A DNA stretch of 26,910 nucleotides from a virus (lineage: Duplodnaviria > Caudoviricetes): the IMG/VR virus record IMGVR_UViG_3300025318_000038, positions 1 through 26,910 of that record; one strand, 5' to 3'. Below the pieces are notes generated by a model, which was given only the letters and a program-made list of their open reading frames with translations, was not told where the DNA came from and searched no databases. Positions within the stretch are counted from its first letter, which is position 1, and every line of letters begins with the position of its first letter. This document shows positions 8,771-15,965 of the stretch, in pieces. Position numbers and translations under genes: made by a program.

Positions 8771-9354
8771 GTCCAGTTTTGATAAATTAAGCCCTTATCG
8801 TATTTTGTTATCACTAGGTCGTTCATATTAAGCCACTTAGATACCTCGTCTAATTGATAGTGGTGGCTCATTGGTTCGTGTTCGTTCCCTTCAATAAATT
8901 GGAATCTGAATACACCGTTTTTATTTAGGTGTTTTCCCACCTCTGATATATATGCTTTAATCCCACCTTCGTCTATATGTTGAAAAACCGTAACTGCATA
9001 AATAAAATCTGATTGATAATCATTAGGTAACTTTCTCCCTTTGGTGTGCTGAAAACCTAAATTATTAACACTAGCTTCGATATTTTTAGCTCTGTTTTTA
9101 GCAATGTTTAACAAACCTTCTGATATATCAATACCTAGAACATTAGCTTGAGAAAATTTTAAAGCCGTGGGTATAGCCAATCTACCAACACCACAACCAA
9201 TTTCTAATATAGCTTTTGGGGCAAAATCAAGGTCTTTAAATAAAATATCGATTTCTTCTTCAGTTGATATTTCCTTATCGTGCATTTCGCTATCGACATT
9301 TTTTGATTCAGCTTTTTGGTTCCAGTACTGTCTTTCAAAATTAACTCTTTTCAT
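8746..9354 (-). CDS. Class I SAM-dependent methyltransferase
   Basis: ILEIGCGVGRL, GIDIS, DFIYAVTVFQHI, LNKNGVFRFQ. Confidence 0.9.
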   Translation of the reverse strand: MKRVNFERQYWNQKAESKNVDSEMHDKEISTEEEIDILFKDLDFAPKAILEIGCGVGRLAIPTALKFSQANVLGIDISEGLLNIAKNRAKNIEASVNNLGFQHTKGRKLPNDYQSDFIYAVTVFQHIDEGGIKAYISEVGKHLNKNGVFRFQFIEGNEHEPMSHHYQLDEVSKWLNMNDLVITKYDKGLIYQNWTWVTAKKL

Positions 9355-10087
9355 AAAATAAATGAACCTCGTGTTGGTAATCTAGTAAGGTTTCTTTATA
9401 CCCAAAGGCTTTAATCCAATTTCTTAAATCGGTTAGGTACTCTTTATATTGGTGGAACATAAACTCTGGATGGCCACTAAGCCATATTTTAGGCTTGTGA
9501 TTTCTTATAGTTTGTTCTGCTCCCCTTAAAACTTTCCACTCGCTGCCCTCTACGTCAAGAATAATTGCTGTCGGTGGTTTTAATCTTTTCGCTGTATTAT
9601 CGATTTTATATTGTGGTAATCCATCTGCTTCTAAATATAATTCGCTAAACCCGTGTGCTTTTACAATTTTACCTTGTGAAAATATAGGCCAAGTATCTTT
9701 GCCATTTGCCCAGCCTATACCTTCGTATAATTCTTTATCGGGATTTTTTGGTATTTGTTTTTCAACACTGCTTGCAAACCCAGCTAAAAGCCCCAATGGG
9801 CGTTTCAATTTGTTTGCTTTCCATACCGCTTTTATAACTGGCCAAGCCTTGTGGTTAGGTTCGTACAAAACAACTTCCGCCCCCCACATTTGACACAAGG
9901 CTGGCATCTCGCCCAACTCCGCACCAACGTAATAAACTACATCACCTTCACCAATATACTCGTGCATTGAACTTAATCTTTTCTTTTCCCAACCTTGCTT
10001 GGTAAACCATTCTAGCCTAGCCGCCCTATGTTCTGGTAGTTTAATTTTAAACTGACCATTTATTAAAGTATCAATCATTTTTACCAT
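9341..10087 (-). CDS. FkbM-family SAM methyltransferase (divergent motif I)
   Basis: GWEKKR, VYYVGAELG, LYEPN, ILDVEGSEWKVLRGAEQTIRNHKPKI. Confidence 0.82.
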   Translation of the reverse strand: MVKMIDTLINGQFKIKLPEHRAARLEWFTKQGWEKKRLSSMHEYIGEGDVVYYVGAELGEMPALCQMWGAEVVLYEPNHKAWPVIKAVWKANKLKRPLGLLAGFASSVEKQIPKNPDKELYEGIGWANGKDTWPIFSQGKIVKAHGFSELYLEADGLPQYKIDNTAKRLKPPTAIILDVEGSEWKVLRGAEQTIRNHKPKIWLSGHPEFMFHQYKEYLTDLRNWIKAFGYKETLLDYQHEVHLFYEKS

Positions 10088-10135
10088 TTATGTTTTCTTT
10101 CTTCTCTTACTACTCTGGGTTTATAAAAATTATCT

Positions 10136-11089
10136 TCAATTGTTTTTGGGAACTCCATTTATTACCTCCAATATTTTAGCCCACCTTTGTAAATAAGTGT
10201 GGTCTCTTTTTGTTCTTTCCGATCCTGCCCTTCTAATCTCCTCCCGTTCCTTTTTGTTTTCAACATAGTAATCAATCTTAGATTTTAAATCTTTGAAATC
10301 ACCAAACTTAAAAGTAACAATTTCTTTTCCTATCTCGAAAAAATCCTCAATCCCTTTGATATACGGGTGGATAATAAAGCCGCCTCGGCCTGTCGTCTCA
10401 AAGATACGGTCACTTAGGTAGTTGGGGTAATCAAAGTTTAAACACAAGGTATCGCCGATAACTACTTTAGATTCAGCATAAATCATATTCAACTCGTGTC
10501 CTCTAACCACCTTGATACCGTCACCACCATAATGAAAAAACCTTTGACCGTAGGTTTCTCTAAGCCAATCAACAAGCTGTGGTCGCCACTGCCACTCAGG
10601 ATGATAACCTCGGCTGCCTACAAACACCACATCCTTATTTTGATTAACATTTTGGTTTAGATAACACTCTTGGTCAAATACTCCTGCCGCTAAATAATGA
10701 CCTTTAACCGGCGTGTTTTTATTAAGCCAGTTGGCCATGTTCTTGTCGGCAGTAAAGAAATGTTGGATATTCCAGTAGTCCTCTGTTTCCATCTCCTTTT
10801 GTCTTTGAATCCCAAACCATAAATCCAGATGATAAGTCAAGGTTGGTATATTACGGCTTTTCAATAATTTTAATAACTCTCGCATTGTTAAGACTCCGGG
10901 AGTATTCCACCCATGAGTATGTACCCAAACAAATAAATCTGACCTGGAAGCGACCTCAAAAATCAATTCGCTGGTAGTGTTTCTTTCTTGCAGCTTAATA
11001 ACTTCGTGACCAAGAGATTCTAAAGATTTAACATGGTGACTCTCGCTACTAAAATCTACACCGAAATTTCCTAAAAATGTTATTTTCAT
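10136..11089 (-). CDS. Glycosyltransferase, GT-B (CgeB/Glyco_trans_1_2-like)
   Basis: DVVFVGS, YLSDRIFETTGRGGF, KIDYY, DHTYLQRW. Confidence 0.85.
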   Translation of the reverse strand: MKITFLGNFGVDFSSESHHVKSLESLGHEVIKLQERNTTSELIFEVASRSDLFVWVHTHGWNTPGVLTMRELLKLLKSRNIPTLTYHLDLWFGIQRQKEMETEDYWNIQHFFTADKNMANWLNKNTPVKGHYLAAGVFDQECYLNQNVNQNKDVVFVGSRGYHPEWQWRPQLVDWLRETYGQRFFHYGGDGIKVVRGHELNMIYAESKVVIGDTLCLNFDYPNYLSDRIFETTGRGGFIIHPYIKGIEDFFEIGKEIVTFKFGDFKDLKSKIDYYVENKKEREEIRRAGSERTKRDHTYLQRWAKILEVINGVPKNN

Positions 11090-11146
11090 TCTTTATCCTC
11101 TAAATTACTTTTCTTTGGTTTCATAATAAACCTGCAAGGATACCCA

Positions 11147-11740
11147 CTAATTTATTTGTGGGAGGAATTGCAGCCTTTCTTTGTTTGCTTGATAAAATGC
11201 TCGAGCAAACCCTTGTGGGGTAATTGCTCTCCTATCGGCTACTGTCAGCCCTTTGAACTTAGGTAGTGGTCTTGTATTTTGCATTGAGTCCCTTACTTCT
11301 TTTGGTGTCAAAGTAACTGGCTTTCTTACTGGGAAGTTGAAGTATCCCCATAAATCTGTTCTCTTTTTGTATCTATCTCCAAAGTCATAAGGTTGAAAGA
11401 TAAATGGTGGTTTACCTAGAAATTGTCTAAGGTAGGCTGTAGGGTTCTCTAATGCCCAGAACTTCAAGTCTCCTCTTGCTCTGGCAGCCCAGATTAGTTC
11501 CAAACAGGCTTTCACTACTTCCATACCTTTCTCAAAATCTCTTGGAGTCTTTGCAGTTGTTCTTGCTAAACTAAACATTGTGCAAGGTGGGGCAGCTAGT
11601 ATGCCCACAACTGGTTCTTCTGGTAGTTTGTAAGTCATAACATCATATTCTGGTAAGGTAACATTGATAACTTTATAACCTGCTTCTACCCAAGGCTTAC
11701 TCCAACTTCCTGTTCCTCCGCATAAGTCTAGGATAACCAC
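11147..11740 (-). CDS. Short phage-type C5-cytosine DNA methyltransferase
   Basis: Motif I LDLCGGTGSW, motif IV AAPPCTMFS, motif VI WALENP, KKRTDLWG; no large target-recognition domain. Confidence 0.8.
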   Translation of the reverse strand: MVILDLCGGTGSWSKPWVEAGYKVINVTLPEYDVMTYKLPEEPVVGILAAPPCTMFSLARTTAKTPRDFEKGMEVVKACLELIWAARARGDLKFWALENPTAYLRQFLGKPPFIFQPYDFGDRYKKRTDLWGYFNFPVRKPVTLTPKEVRDSMQNTRPLPKFKGLTVADRRAITPQGFARAFYQANKERLQFLPQIN

Positions 11741-11832
11741 TAGAATAAACTCCCTTGGGTAAAATCACCAATCTTTTGCTTTGGGTTTCCAAAGACACTA
11801 TATTCAAATACGTCTTTTCCCTGTTGCTCCAT
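11740..11832 (-). CDS. Tiny hypothetical protein (30 aa; not in track)
   Basis: MEQQGKDVFEYSVFGNPKQKIGDFTQGSLF; its TAG overlaps the GTG start of the MTase. Confidence 0.4.
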   Translation of the reverse strand: MEQQGKDVFEYSVFGNPKQKIGDFTQGSLF

Positions 11833-11836
11833 AATG

Positions 11837-11890
11837 TAGCGTTTGACTGCCTCTTGGGGTGGCTACCTGTGCCTGCAAGTAGCCACGCTA
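11837..11890 (-). other. Intergenic hairpin with CAGGCA loop
   Basis: GTGGCTACTTG-CAGGCA-CAGGTAGCCAC, an 11-bp stem with one G-U on the minus strand (11859-11886). Confidence 0.55.
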
Positions 11891-11896
11891 AAAAGA

Positions 11897-12049
11897 TTAC
11901 TTCCTATGGTAATTGCAAAACTTTTTATTTGTCTTAGAAACTGGTTTCCCACATTCAATACATAAACCAACCCTAAGGTTTCTTAATTGGTATTTTCTCT
12001 GCCTACTAACGTTTAAATTTGTAAACTTATCAATAATTTTAACTGGCAT
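11897..12049 (-). CDS. Small CxxC...CxxH zinc-finger protein (50 aa; not in track)
   Basis: MPVKIIDKFTNLNVSRQRKYQLRNLRVGLCIECGKPVSKTNKKFCNYHRK. Confidence 0.65.
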   Translation of the reverse strand: MPVKIIDKFTNLNVSRQRKYQLRNLRVGLCIECGKPVSKTNKKFCNYHRK

Positions 12050-12051
12050 AC

Positions 12052-12150
12052 TTAACTAAACACCCCATAAACTATCCAAACTAATAATAAAATTAAACTT
12101 ACTGCGACTATCGTATTTGCGACCTTATCCTCCTGGCCATCTTGATTCAA
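12052..12150 (-). CDS. Single-TM micro-protein (32 aa; not in track)
   Basis: TTG start overlapping the upstream TGA; MNQDGQEDKVANTIVAVSLILLLVWIVYGVFS. Confidence 0.45.
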   Translation of the reverse strand: MNQDGQEDKVANTIVAVSLILLLVWIVYGVFS

Positions 12151-12428
12151 ACTAGCCTCCCCTGCCCTCGGCTTTCCATCTCTTTTATTTTTTCCAATCT
12201 TTTGTCTACTCGCCAATCTTTTGTTTGCTTACCAAATTCTTTATAATCCAAAACGTATTTCCAAACATTATCCTTAACCCTAATCGTTTTGATGTTATAA
12301 CCATTCTCCCTTAACTCATCCAACCTAGCCTTATAATTAAGAATAAAGTTTTGAGGAAACTCATAATTACAAACGCCCTCTTGTCCTCGCACTCTTAACA
12401 TAGAGATAATTTTTTGTTTTTGCGTCAA
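12147..12428 (-). CDS. Winged-HTH DNA-binding protein
   Basis: TQKQKIISML...YKARLDELRENGYNI...WKYVL pattern. Confidence 0.7.
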   Translation of the reverse strand: MTQKQKIISMLRVRGQEGVCNYEFPQNFILNYKARLDELRENGYNIKTIRVKDNVWKYVLDYKEFGKQTKDWRVDKRLEKIKEMESRGQGRLV

Positions 12429-12781
12429 TCTAGTTTCTCCTTTATCTTGTCAATAAACTGCTCAACTTTTTGTCTATAAAAAGTATCAAAGTCACTGGTC
12501 TTTTCGGTTTGTTCCCAAAGTACAAACAATACGGCTCTCAATCTTTGGCTTGGTGTCTTCTCGCCTCTTTCAACCCTTTCTTTAGTAACTTGTATATCCT
12601 CTGGCAATATTTCTCTTTCAGCCATTACGGCCCAAACTTCTTTACCTTTAAGACTGCTGAGCAATCCTGCTTCTGGTGGGGTCAATTCTCTAGTGTGTAA
12701 TTTCAGCCCCCAGCCTCTATCGGCCATTGATTCAATTTTTTCTATTATTACTGGAACTTGAAAGAGATTACTCATCTTCAA
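12425..12781 (-). CDS. Conserved phage hypothetical protein
   Basis: KTPSQRLRAVLFVLWEQ...DFDTFY motif; overlapping start and stop codons with neighbours. Confidence 0.7.
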   Translation of the reverse strand: MKMSNLFQVPVIIEKIESMADRGWGLKLHTRELTPPEAGLLSSLKGKEVWAVMAEREILPEDIQVTKERVERGEKTPSQRLRAVLFVLWEQTEKTSDFDTFYRQKVEQFIDKIKEKLD

Positions 12782-12956
12782 AATTTATAGCCATTGTAAG
12801 TTCTGTATCGTCTTTCAGAACTTCCAAAACGTCTTTTGCACCTGCTAAATATATATCTGCCATAGCTCTCGCCCCTACATGGGGATGTCTTTCGGCTAAG
12901 GTCTTAATTGTTTTGTCAGATTTTTTATCGAAATCCCAGACTTCTTTAAACTTCAT
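12768..12956 (-). CDS. Hypothetical protein
   Basis: SD AAGGAGG upstream; overlaps neighbours. Confidence 0.65.
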   Translation of the reverse strand: MKFKEVWDFDKKSDKTIKTLAERHPHVGARAMADIYLAGAKDVLEVLKDDTELTMAINFEDE

Positions 12957-13530
12957 CTACCTCCTTTGCTGGAATTAAATTCCTTTGGGCAATTTTAATC
13001 CGTTCCATAACCCCTGACTTCTCCTCAAAGGTCAAGGTTTTATATTCTTGGCTTTGCATTATGGTATTTATATCCTCAAATGTCTTAGCCTTAACCACCT
13101 GGCTAAATATTTCTTTATACTTAGGGTTATCACTACCGTGGAAGCCAATCACTTTACCTTCCCTACCTTGTGCGTGCATAACCTCCTCTGCCGAAGCAAT
13201 ACCGCCAATCAACCCAAAACCAGCAAAACCCAACGCCCTACCTATAGCCGAGGTTTCAGCAACCTCAAACGGGCTTGTTCCCTCTACACCTTGAGCATCA
13301 AAATAGCTTACAGCATGGCCGTTATAAACCTTGCTATCAATCTCAACCGTAGCTTTGAATAATACGCTGTTGTCCCTTACCTCAAAGTTTGTGGTTATAC
13401 TTAGTGATTCGTGGGTATCACGGTGGGCCTCAATTAGCCTACCAGCCACCATCATATATTTTTTTCCTTTAATATCTACTATGTAATCTTCTGGTTTAAC
13501 TTGAGGTTTGGTTTTTTCTTCTTCAGGCAT
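12946..13530 (-). CDS. Single-strand annealing protein (Rad52/Sak-like)
   Basis: IKGKKYMMVAGRL and EVAETSAIGRALGFAGFG...IASAEEV; start moved to ATG 13530 after AGGAGG. Confidence 0.75.
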   Translation of the reverse strand: MPEEEKTKPQVKPEDYIVDIKGKKYMMVAGRLIEAHRDTHESLSITTNFEVRDNSVLFKATVEIDSKVYNGHAVSYFDAQGVEGTSPFEVAETSAIGRALGFAGFGLIGGIASAEEVMHAQGREGKVIGFHGSDNPKYKEIFSQVVKAKTFEDINTIMQSQEYKTLTFEEKSGVMERIKIAQRNLIPAKEVDEV

Positions 13531-13687
13531 TTGGCCTCCTGTTAAGATATACGGCAACCTTACCCAAATTCTGTAGGACCGTATAGGAAATCAAATCGCT
13601 GTGGTAAATTGGTAACTCGTCTATTTTATCTCTGACGCTTTCCAACGCCTGTTCTAAAGTTTGGTAAGTAGCAACTTTAATTTGCAT
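13523..13687 (-). CDS. Hypothetical protein (54 aa; not in track)
   Basis: MQIKVATYQTLEQALESVRDKIDELP...; fills the gap and overlaps both neighbours. Confidence 0.6.
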   Translation of the reverse strand: MQIKVATYQTLEQALESVRDKIDELPIYHSDLISYTVLQNLGKVAVYLNRRPNA

Positions 13688-13913
13688 TTAAACCCCTTTC
13701 AGGTAGCTCTACTAAATAACTGGCTCTACAATCTTGACACTTGCCGTGTTTTCCGAACTCGTCTTTGTATTCCCATTGAATCCGGCCACCGCATTTATAA
13801 CCAATAAAATCTTCGGGGTCGTCTGCATAATTGGCAACACAAATATTGCCGTGCAAGGAAACTTCTCTTTCTACTTCGTGGCCTAAAGCCTTTATGTAAA
13901 GTTGGGCTAACAT
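13677..13913 (-). CDS. Cys-containing hypothetical protein (possible zinc ribbon)
   Basis: C..., KCGG, KCQDC motifs. Confidence 0.6.
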   Translation of the reverse strand: MLAQLYIKALGHEVEREVSLHGNICVANYADDPEDFIGYKCGGRIQWEYKDEFGKHGKCQDCRASYLVELPERGLNAN

Positions 13914-13978
13914 AAATACAACCTTCTTTCCCGAGGCTACCAGCAGGCTTCGTGTTACCTAACCCACTGATACCCCCG

Positions 13979-14060
13979 CAACTGCCCTTGTGTAGATTAT
14001 CATTAGACTGCCATCTAATTTTCAATTTTTAGCACCTGCCATGCAACACAAGGGCAACTG
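13979..14060 (-). ncRNA. Putative structured RNA: 15-bp closing stem with two ATGGCAG-containing hairpins
   Basis: CAGTTGCCCTTGTGT/ACACAAGGGCAGTTG encloses GCAT-GGCAG-GTGC and ATTAGAT-GGCA-GTCTAAT; G-U pairs work on the minus strand only. Confidence 0.55.
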
Positions 14061-14082
14061 TGGTTCTCTCTCCTTCTCCCAT

Positions 14083-14265
14083 TTACCTATTCGCATATTC
14101 AGGCAATAGGCTGATCTTGGCTCTCCAGACCGGCAGCATTTTCTTTTGCAGCCAACTTTCCGCCCCGCCGTAGTTTCTGGCAGAGTAGAAACGGTCAAGA
14201 ATCTCTTTATCCCTTTGGGTTAAGATGTCGAAAGCCATCAGTTCCCAAACACTCCCTGGTTTCAT
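14083..14265 (-). CDS. Hypothetical protein (60 aa) between two structured RNAs
   Basis: Strong SD AAGGGAGGT before the ATG. Confidence 0.6.
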   Translation of the reverse strand: MKPGSVWELMAFDILTQRDKEILDRFYSARNYGGAESWLQKKMLPVWRAKISLLPEYANR

Positions 14266-14280
14266 TCTTACCTCCCTTCT

Positions 14281-14384
14281 CCAAGATTATATCCTGGTAA
14301 GCTAGTTGCTTACAACGAACACTGGCAAAATGTCGTCCGAGGGCTGAAAGGTGGGCCACAAGCCACCGCCTTTGGCAACCAGCT
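14281..14384 (-). ncRNA. Putative structured 5' leader RNA (three-way junction plus hairpin)
   Basis: AGCTGGTTGC/GCAACTAGCT stem encloses GGTGG/CCACC and GACGACAT/GTGTTCGTT hairpins, followed by CCAGGA-TATAA-TCTTGG next to the SD. Confidence 0.5.
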
Positions 14385-14422
14385 ATCAAGCGACAATCTC
14401 CTAATCTCAATCCTACAAACCA

Positions 14423-14451
14423 ATCTTAATACAACCGCAAGGGCTTGTCAA
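14423..14451 (-). promoter_or_regulatory. Sigma70-type promoter
   Basis: TTGACA (14451-14446), 17-nt spacer, TAAGAT (14428-14423). Confidence 0.75.
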
Positions 14452-14618
14452 CCCCCTAGTTTAGCCTTATAGTTTCTATACCTCTTGTGTACTGCTTGCC
14501 TAGAAACATTAAATTGGGGCATCTTGGATATTTCATCGAAGGTATAACCCTGGATGTCGTGCAAAGCAACTATCAAGCTTTGTTCCCGTTCGTGCTTTCT
14601 TCTTCTTGGTTCTTCCAT
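14448..14618 (-). CDS. Small HTH protein, sigma70 region-4-like (56 aa; not in track)
   Basis: MEEPRRRKHEREQSLIVALHDIQGYTFDEISKMPQFNVSRQAVHKRYRNYKAKLGG; its TGA lies within the downstream TTGACA. Confidence 0.72.
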   Translation of the reverse strand: MEEPRRRKHEREQSLIVALHDIQGYTFDEISKMPQFNVSRQAVHKRYRNYKAKLGG

Positions 14619-14625
14619 AGATAAA

Positions 14626-14940
14626 TTATAAACCCTGTGTCAACTTGTTTCTTATTTCTTCAATTTTTTTCCTAGCTTTTAGTCTTTCCTCCGGTGTTTG
14701 CTGGGGATATTTTTCTGGAGCCGTTAGTTGGTTTTCTATTTGTCTGCTTTCAAGTGACCACGAAACAATATGTGATAATTTAAAACCGCCTTCTTTTAAC
14801 TCAATGAAGCCCGACTCCCCCTGAATCAACCTTCTTTTTATCTGCTCTAACTCCTCGCCGGTAACCTGATATTCTTTTCTTGTAGAAAGCTGGATTGTCC
14901 AAAGCTCACGATATTTTGGTATAGCTGTATTTTCTACCAT
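14626..14940 (-). CDS. Hypothetical protein downstream of the replication initiator
   Basis: Probable start MVENTAIPKY at 14940, overlapping the initiator 3' end; occupies the usual helicase-loader position. Confidence 0.65.
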   Translation of the reverse strand: MVENTAIPKYRELWTIQLSTRKEYQVTGEELEQIKRRLIQGESGFIELKEGGFKLSHIVSWSLESRQIENQLTAPEKYPQQTPEERLKARKKIEEIRNKLTQGL

Positions 14941-15529
14941 TTTCTTGACCCCTTTCTTTAATCTTTCTAATATCACGCAATACAAAATTACGCAATGCGG
15001 CTTTTAAATCTTTATATCTCTTTCCGCTAGAAGCCACATAATTATCTAAAGCCTCTTTTTGATAACGTACAAACGCAATAGGTACACCGTATCGTTCTGC
15101 TGTTTCCAATAAGTCTTGTTCTGTTAAGGGGGAGATAATAGAGGGGGTTATTTCTTTCTTCTTACTTCTTTCTTCTTTAGTAGTGTTAATTTGTTGTATG
15201 TTTTGCTGTTCGTTTGTTGCATAGTTTGATTGATACTTATCATAATTATTGATTGTTATATATGTGTGTTTGTTGTCTGTTTTGATGTTAACCTGGTGTT
15301 TAAGTTGTTGTATAAGTAGGTGTCTAACAGTTAGTCGGTTCCAACCCCACCTTTCGGATAGGTATTTTTGAGTTGTTTTTAGTTCACCACGTTTACAAAA
15401 ATCAGTATCTTTATAGTTGGCGAGAAATATTAAGTCTATCCAAGCCTGGCCTTTACTAAAGGGCCGGTCTTTCCATATCTCATTATCAATTATTTTTCTG
15501 AAAACTTTTATCCAGCCGTTATTGTCCAT
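14906..15529 (-). CDS. Phage replication initiator / replisome organizer
   Basis: MDNNGWIKVFRKIIDNEIW...AWIDLIFLAN, LSERWGW, ITINNYDKYQ, low-complexity N/Q/T linker, C-terminal GKRYKDLKAALRNF; start moved to 15529. Confidence 0.85.
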   Translation of the reverse strand: MDNNGWIKVFRKIIDNEIWKDRPFSKGQAWIDLIFLANYKDTDFCKRGELKTTQKYLSERWGWNRLTVRHLLIQQLKHQVNIKTDNKHTYITINNYDKYQSNYATNEQQNIQQINTTKEERSKKKEITPSIISPLTEQDLLETAERYGVPIAFVRYQKEALDNYVASSGKRYKDLKAALRNFVLRDIRKIKERGQENGRKYSYTKIS

Positions 15530-15530
15530 C

Positions 15531-15627
15531 AAAAAAGCCCTCTTTATGCTGCGGGGAGTTGTCACACTCGCTTGCGGAATACCCGCAGCCCAAAGAAGGC
15601 TTTTAGTGTGACAGTTTACTTCCGCAA
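15531..15627 (-). ncRNA. Structured leader/attenuator of the replication gene with two loop-to-leader complementarities
   Basis: Long stem AAAAGCCTTCTTTGGGCTGCGGG/CCCGCAGCATAAAGAGGGCTTTTTT. Loop boxes TTCCGCAA and AGTGTGACA are exact complements of 5' leader boxes TTGCGGAA and TGTCACACT. Confidence 0.7.
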
Positions 15628-15631
15628 TCAA

Positions 15632-15660
15632 AATATACACTACTCATTTTCAAATGTCAA
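15632..15660 (-). promoter_or_regulatory. Sigma70-type promoter for the replication operon
   Basis: TTGACA (15660-15655), 17-nt spacer, TATATT (15637-15632). Confidence 0.8.
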
Positions 15661-15677
15661 CCTAGTTGTTGTAAAAT
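15649..15677 (+). promoter_or_regulatory. Possible divergent promoter
   Basis: TTCAAA, 17-nt spacer, TAAAAT; overlaps the -35 of the leftward promoter. Confidence 0.4.
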
Positions 15678-15724
15678 ATACTTTACGAAGCCTCGTAAAA
15701 TTCAGGCACGAAAGGAGAAAACAG

Positions 15725-15922
15725 GTGAAGTTCTATGCAACCGTAGTTGTCAGGACTGGCTGGAACCCAACCGAACTGACTACCTATGATTTCGGTTCGG
15801 TTTCGCTGAAAATACTCTTGAGGAAAGTGGCCGAGATTATCAACGAAAACACGCTTTTGGTTGATATGCACCTATGGAACGATAACAAAAGGAATGAGAT
15901 TGTCAAAGCAAGAGGAGATTAG
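15725..15922 (+). CDS. Hypothetical protein (65 aa), the only convincing plus-strand gene
   Basis: GTG at 15725 preceded by AAAGGAG; sits in a gap between minus-strand genes. Confidence 0.65.
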   Translation: MKFYATVVVRTGWNPTELTTYDFGSVSLKILLRKVAEIINENTLLVDMHLWNDNKRNEIVKARGD

Positions 15923-15965
15923 TATAATTATACTGTCCGTTGTTTCCACAGAAGGCTCTGCTGCC

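Noticed and set aside
4544-11089. GtrABC-type serotype conversion cassette
   Set aside because: No flippase or multi-TM transferase; all seven enzymes look soluble.
13979-14384. Hammerhead ribozyme or known riboswitch assignment for the junction RNAs
   Set aside because: The CUGAnGA/GAAA core is absent and no riboswitch consensus was recognised.
13795-14410. Track ORFs 13795-14025 and 14207-14410
   Set aside because: TTG starts without SD; they run across structured RNA regions and overlap better ORFs.
15530-15871. 5' extension of the initiator to 15640, 5' extension of the plus ORF to 15572, and ORF 15683-15871
   Set aside because: The extensions cover the promoter and leader; the family-typical or SD-supported starts are 15529 and 15725.
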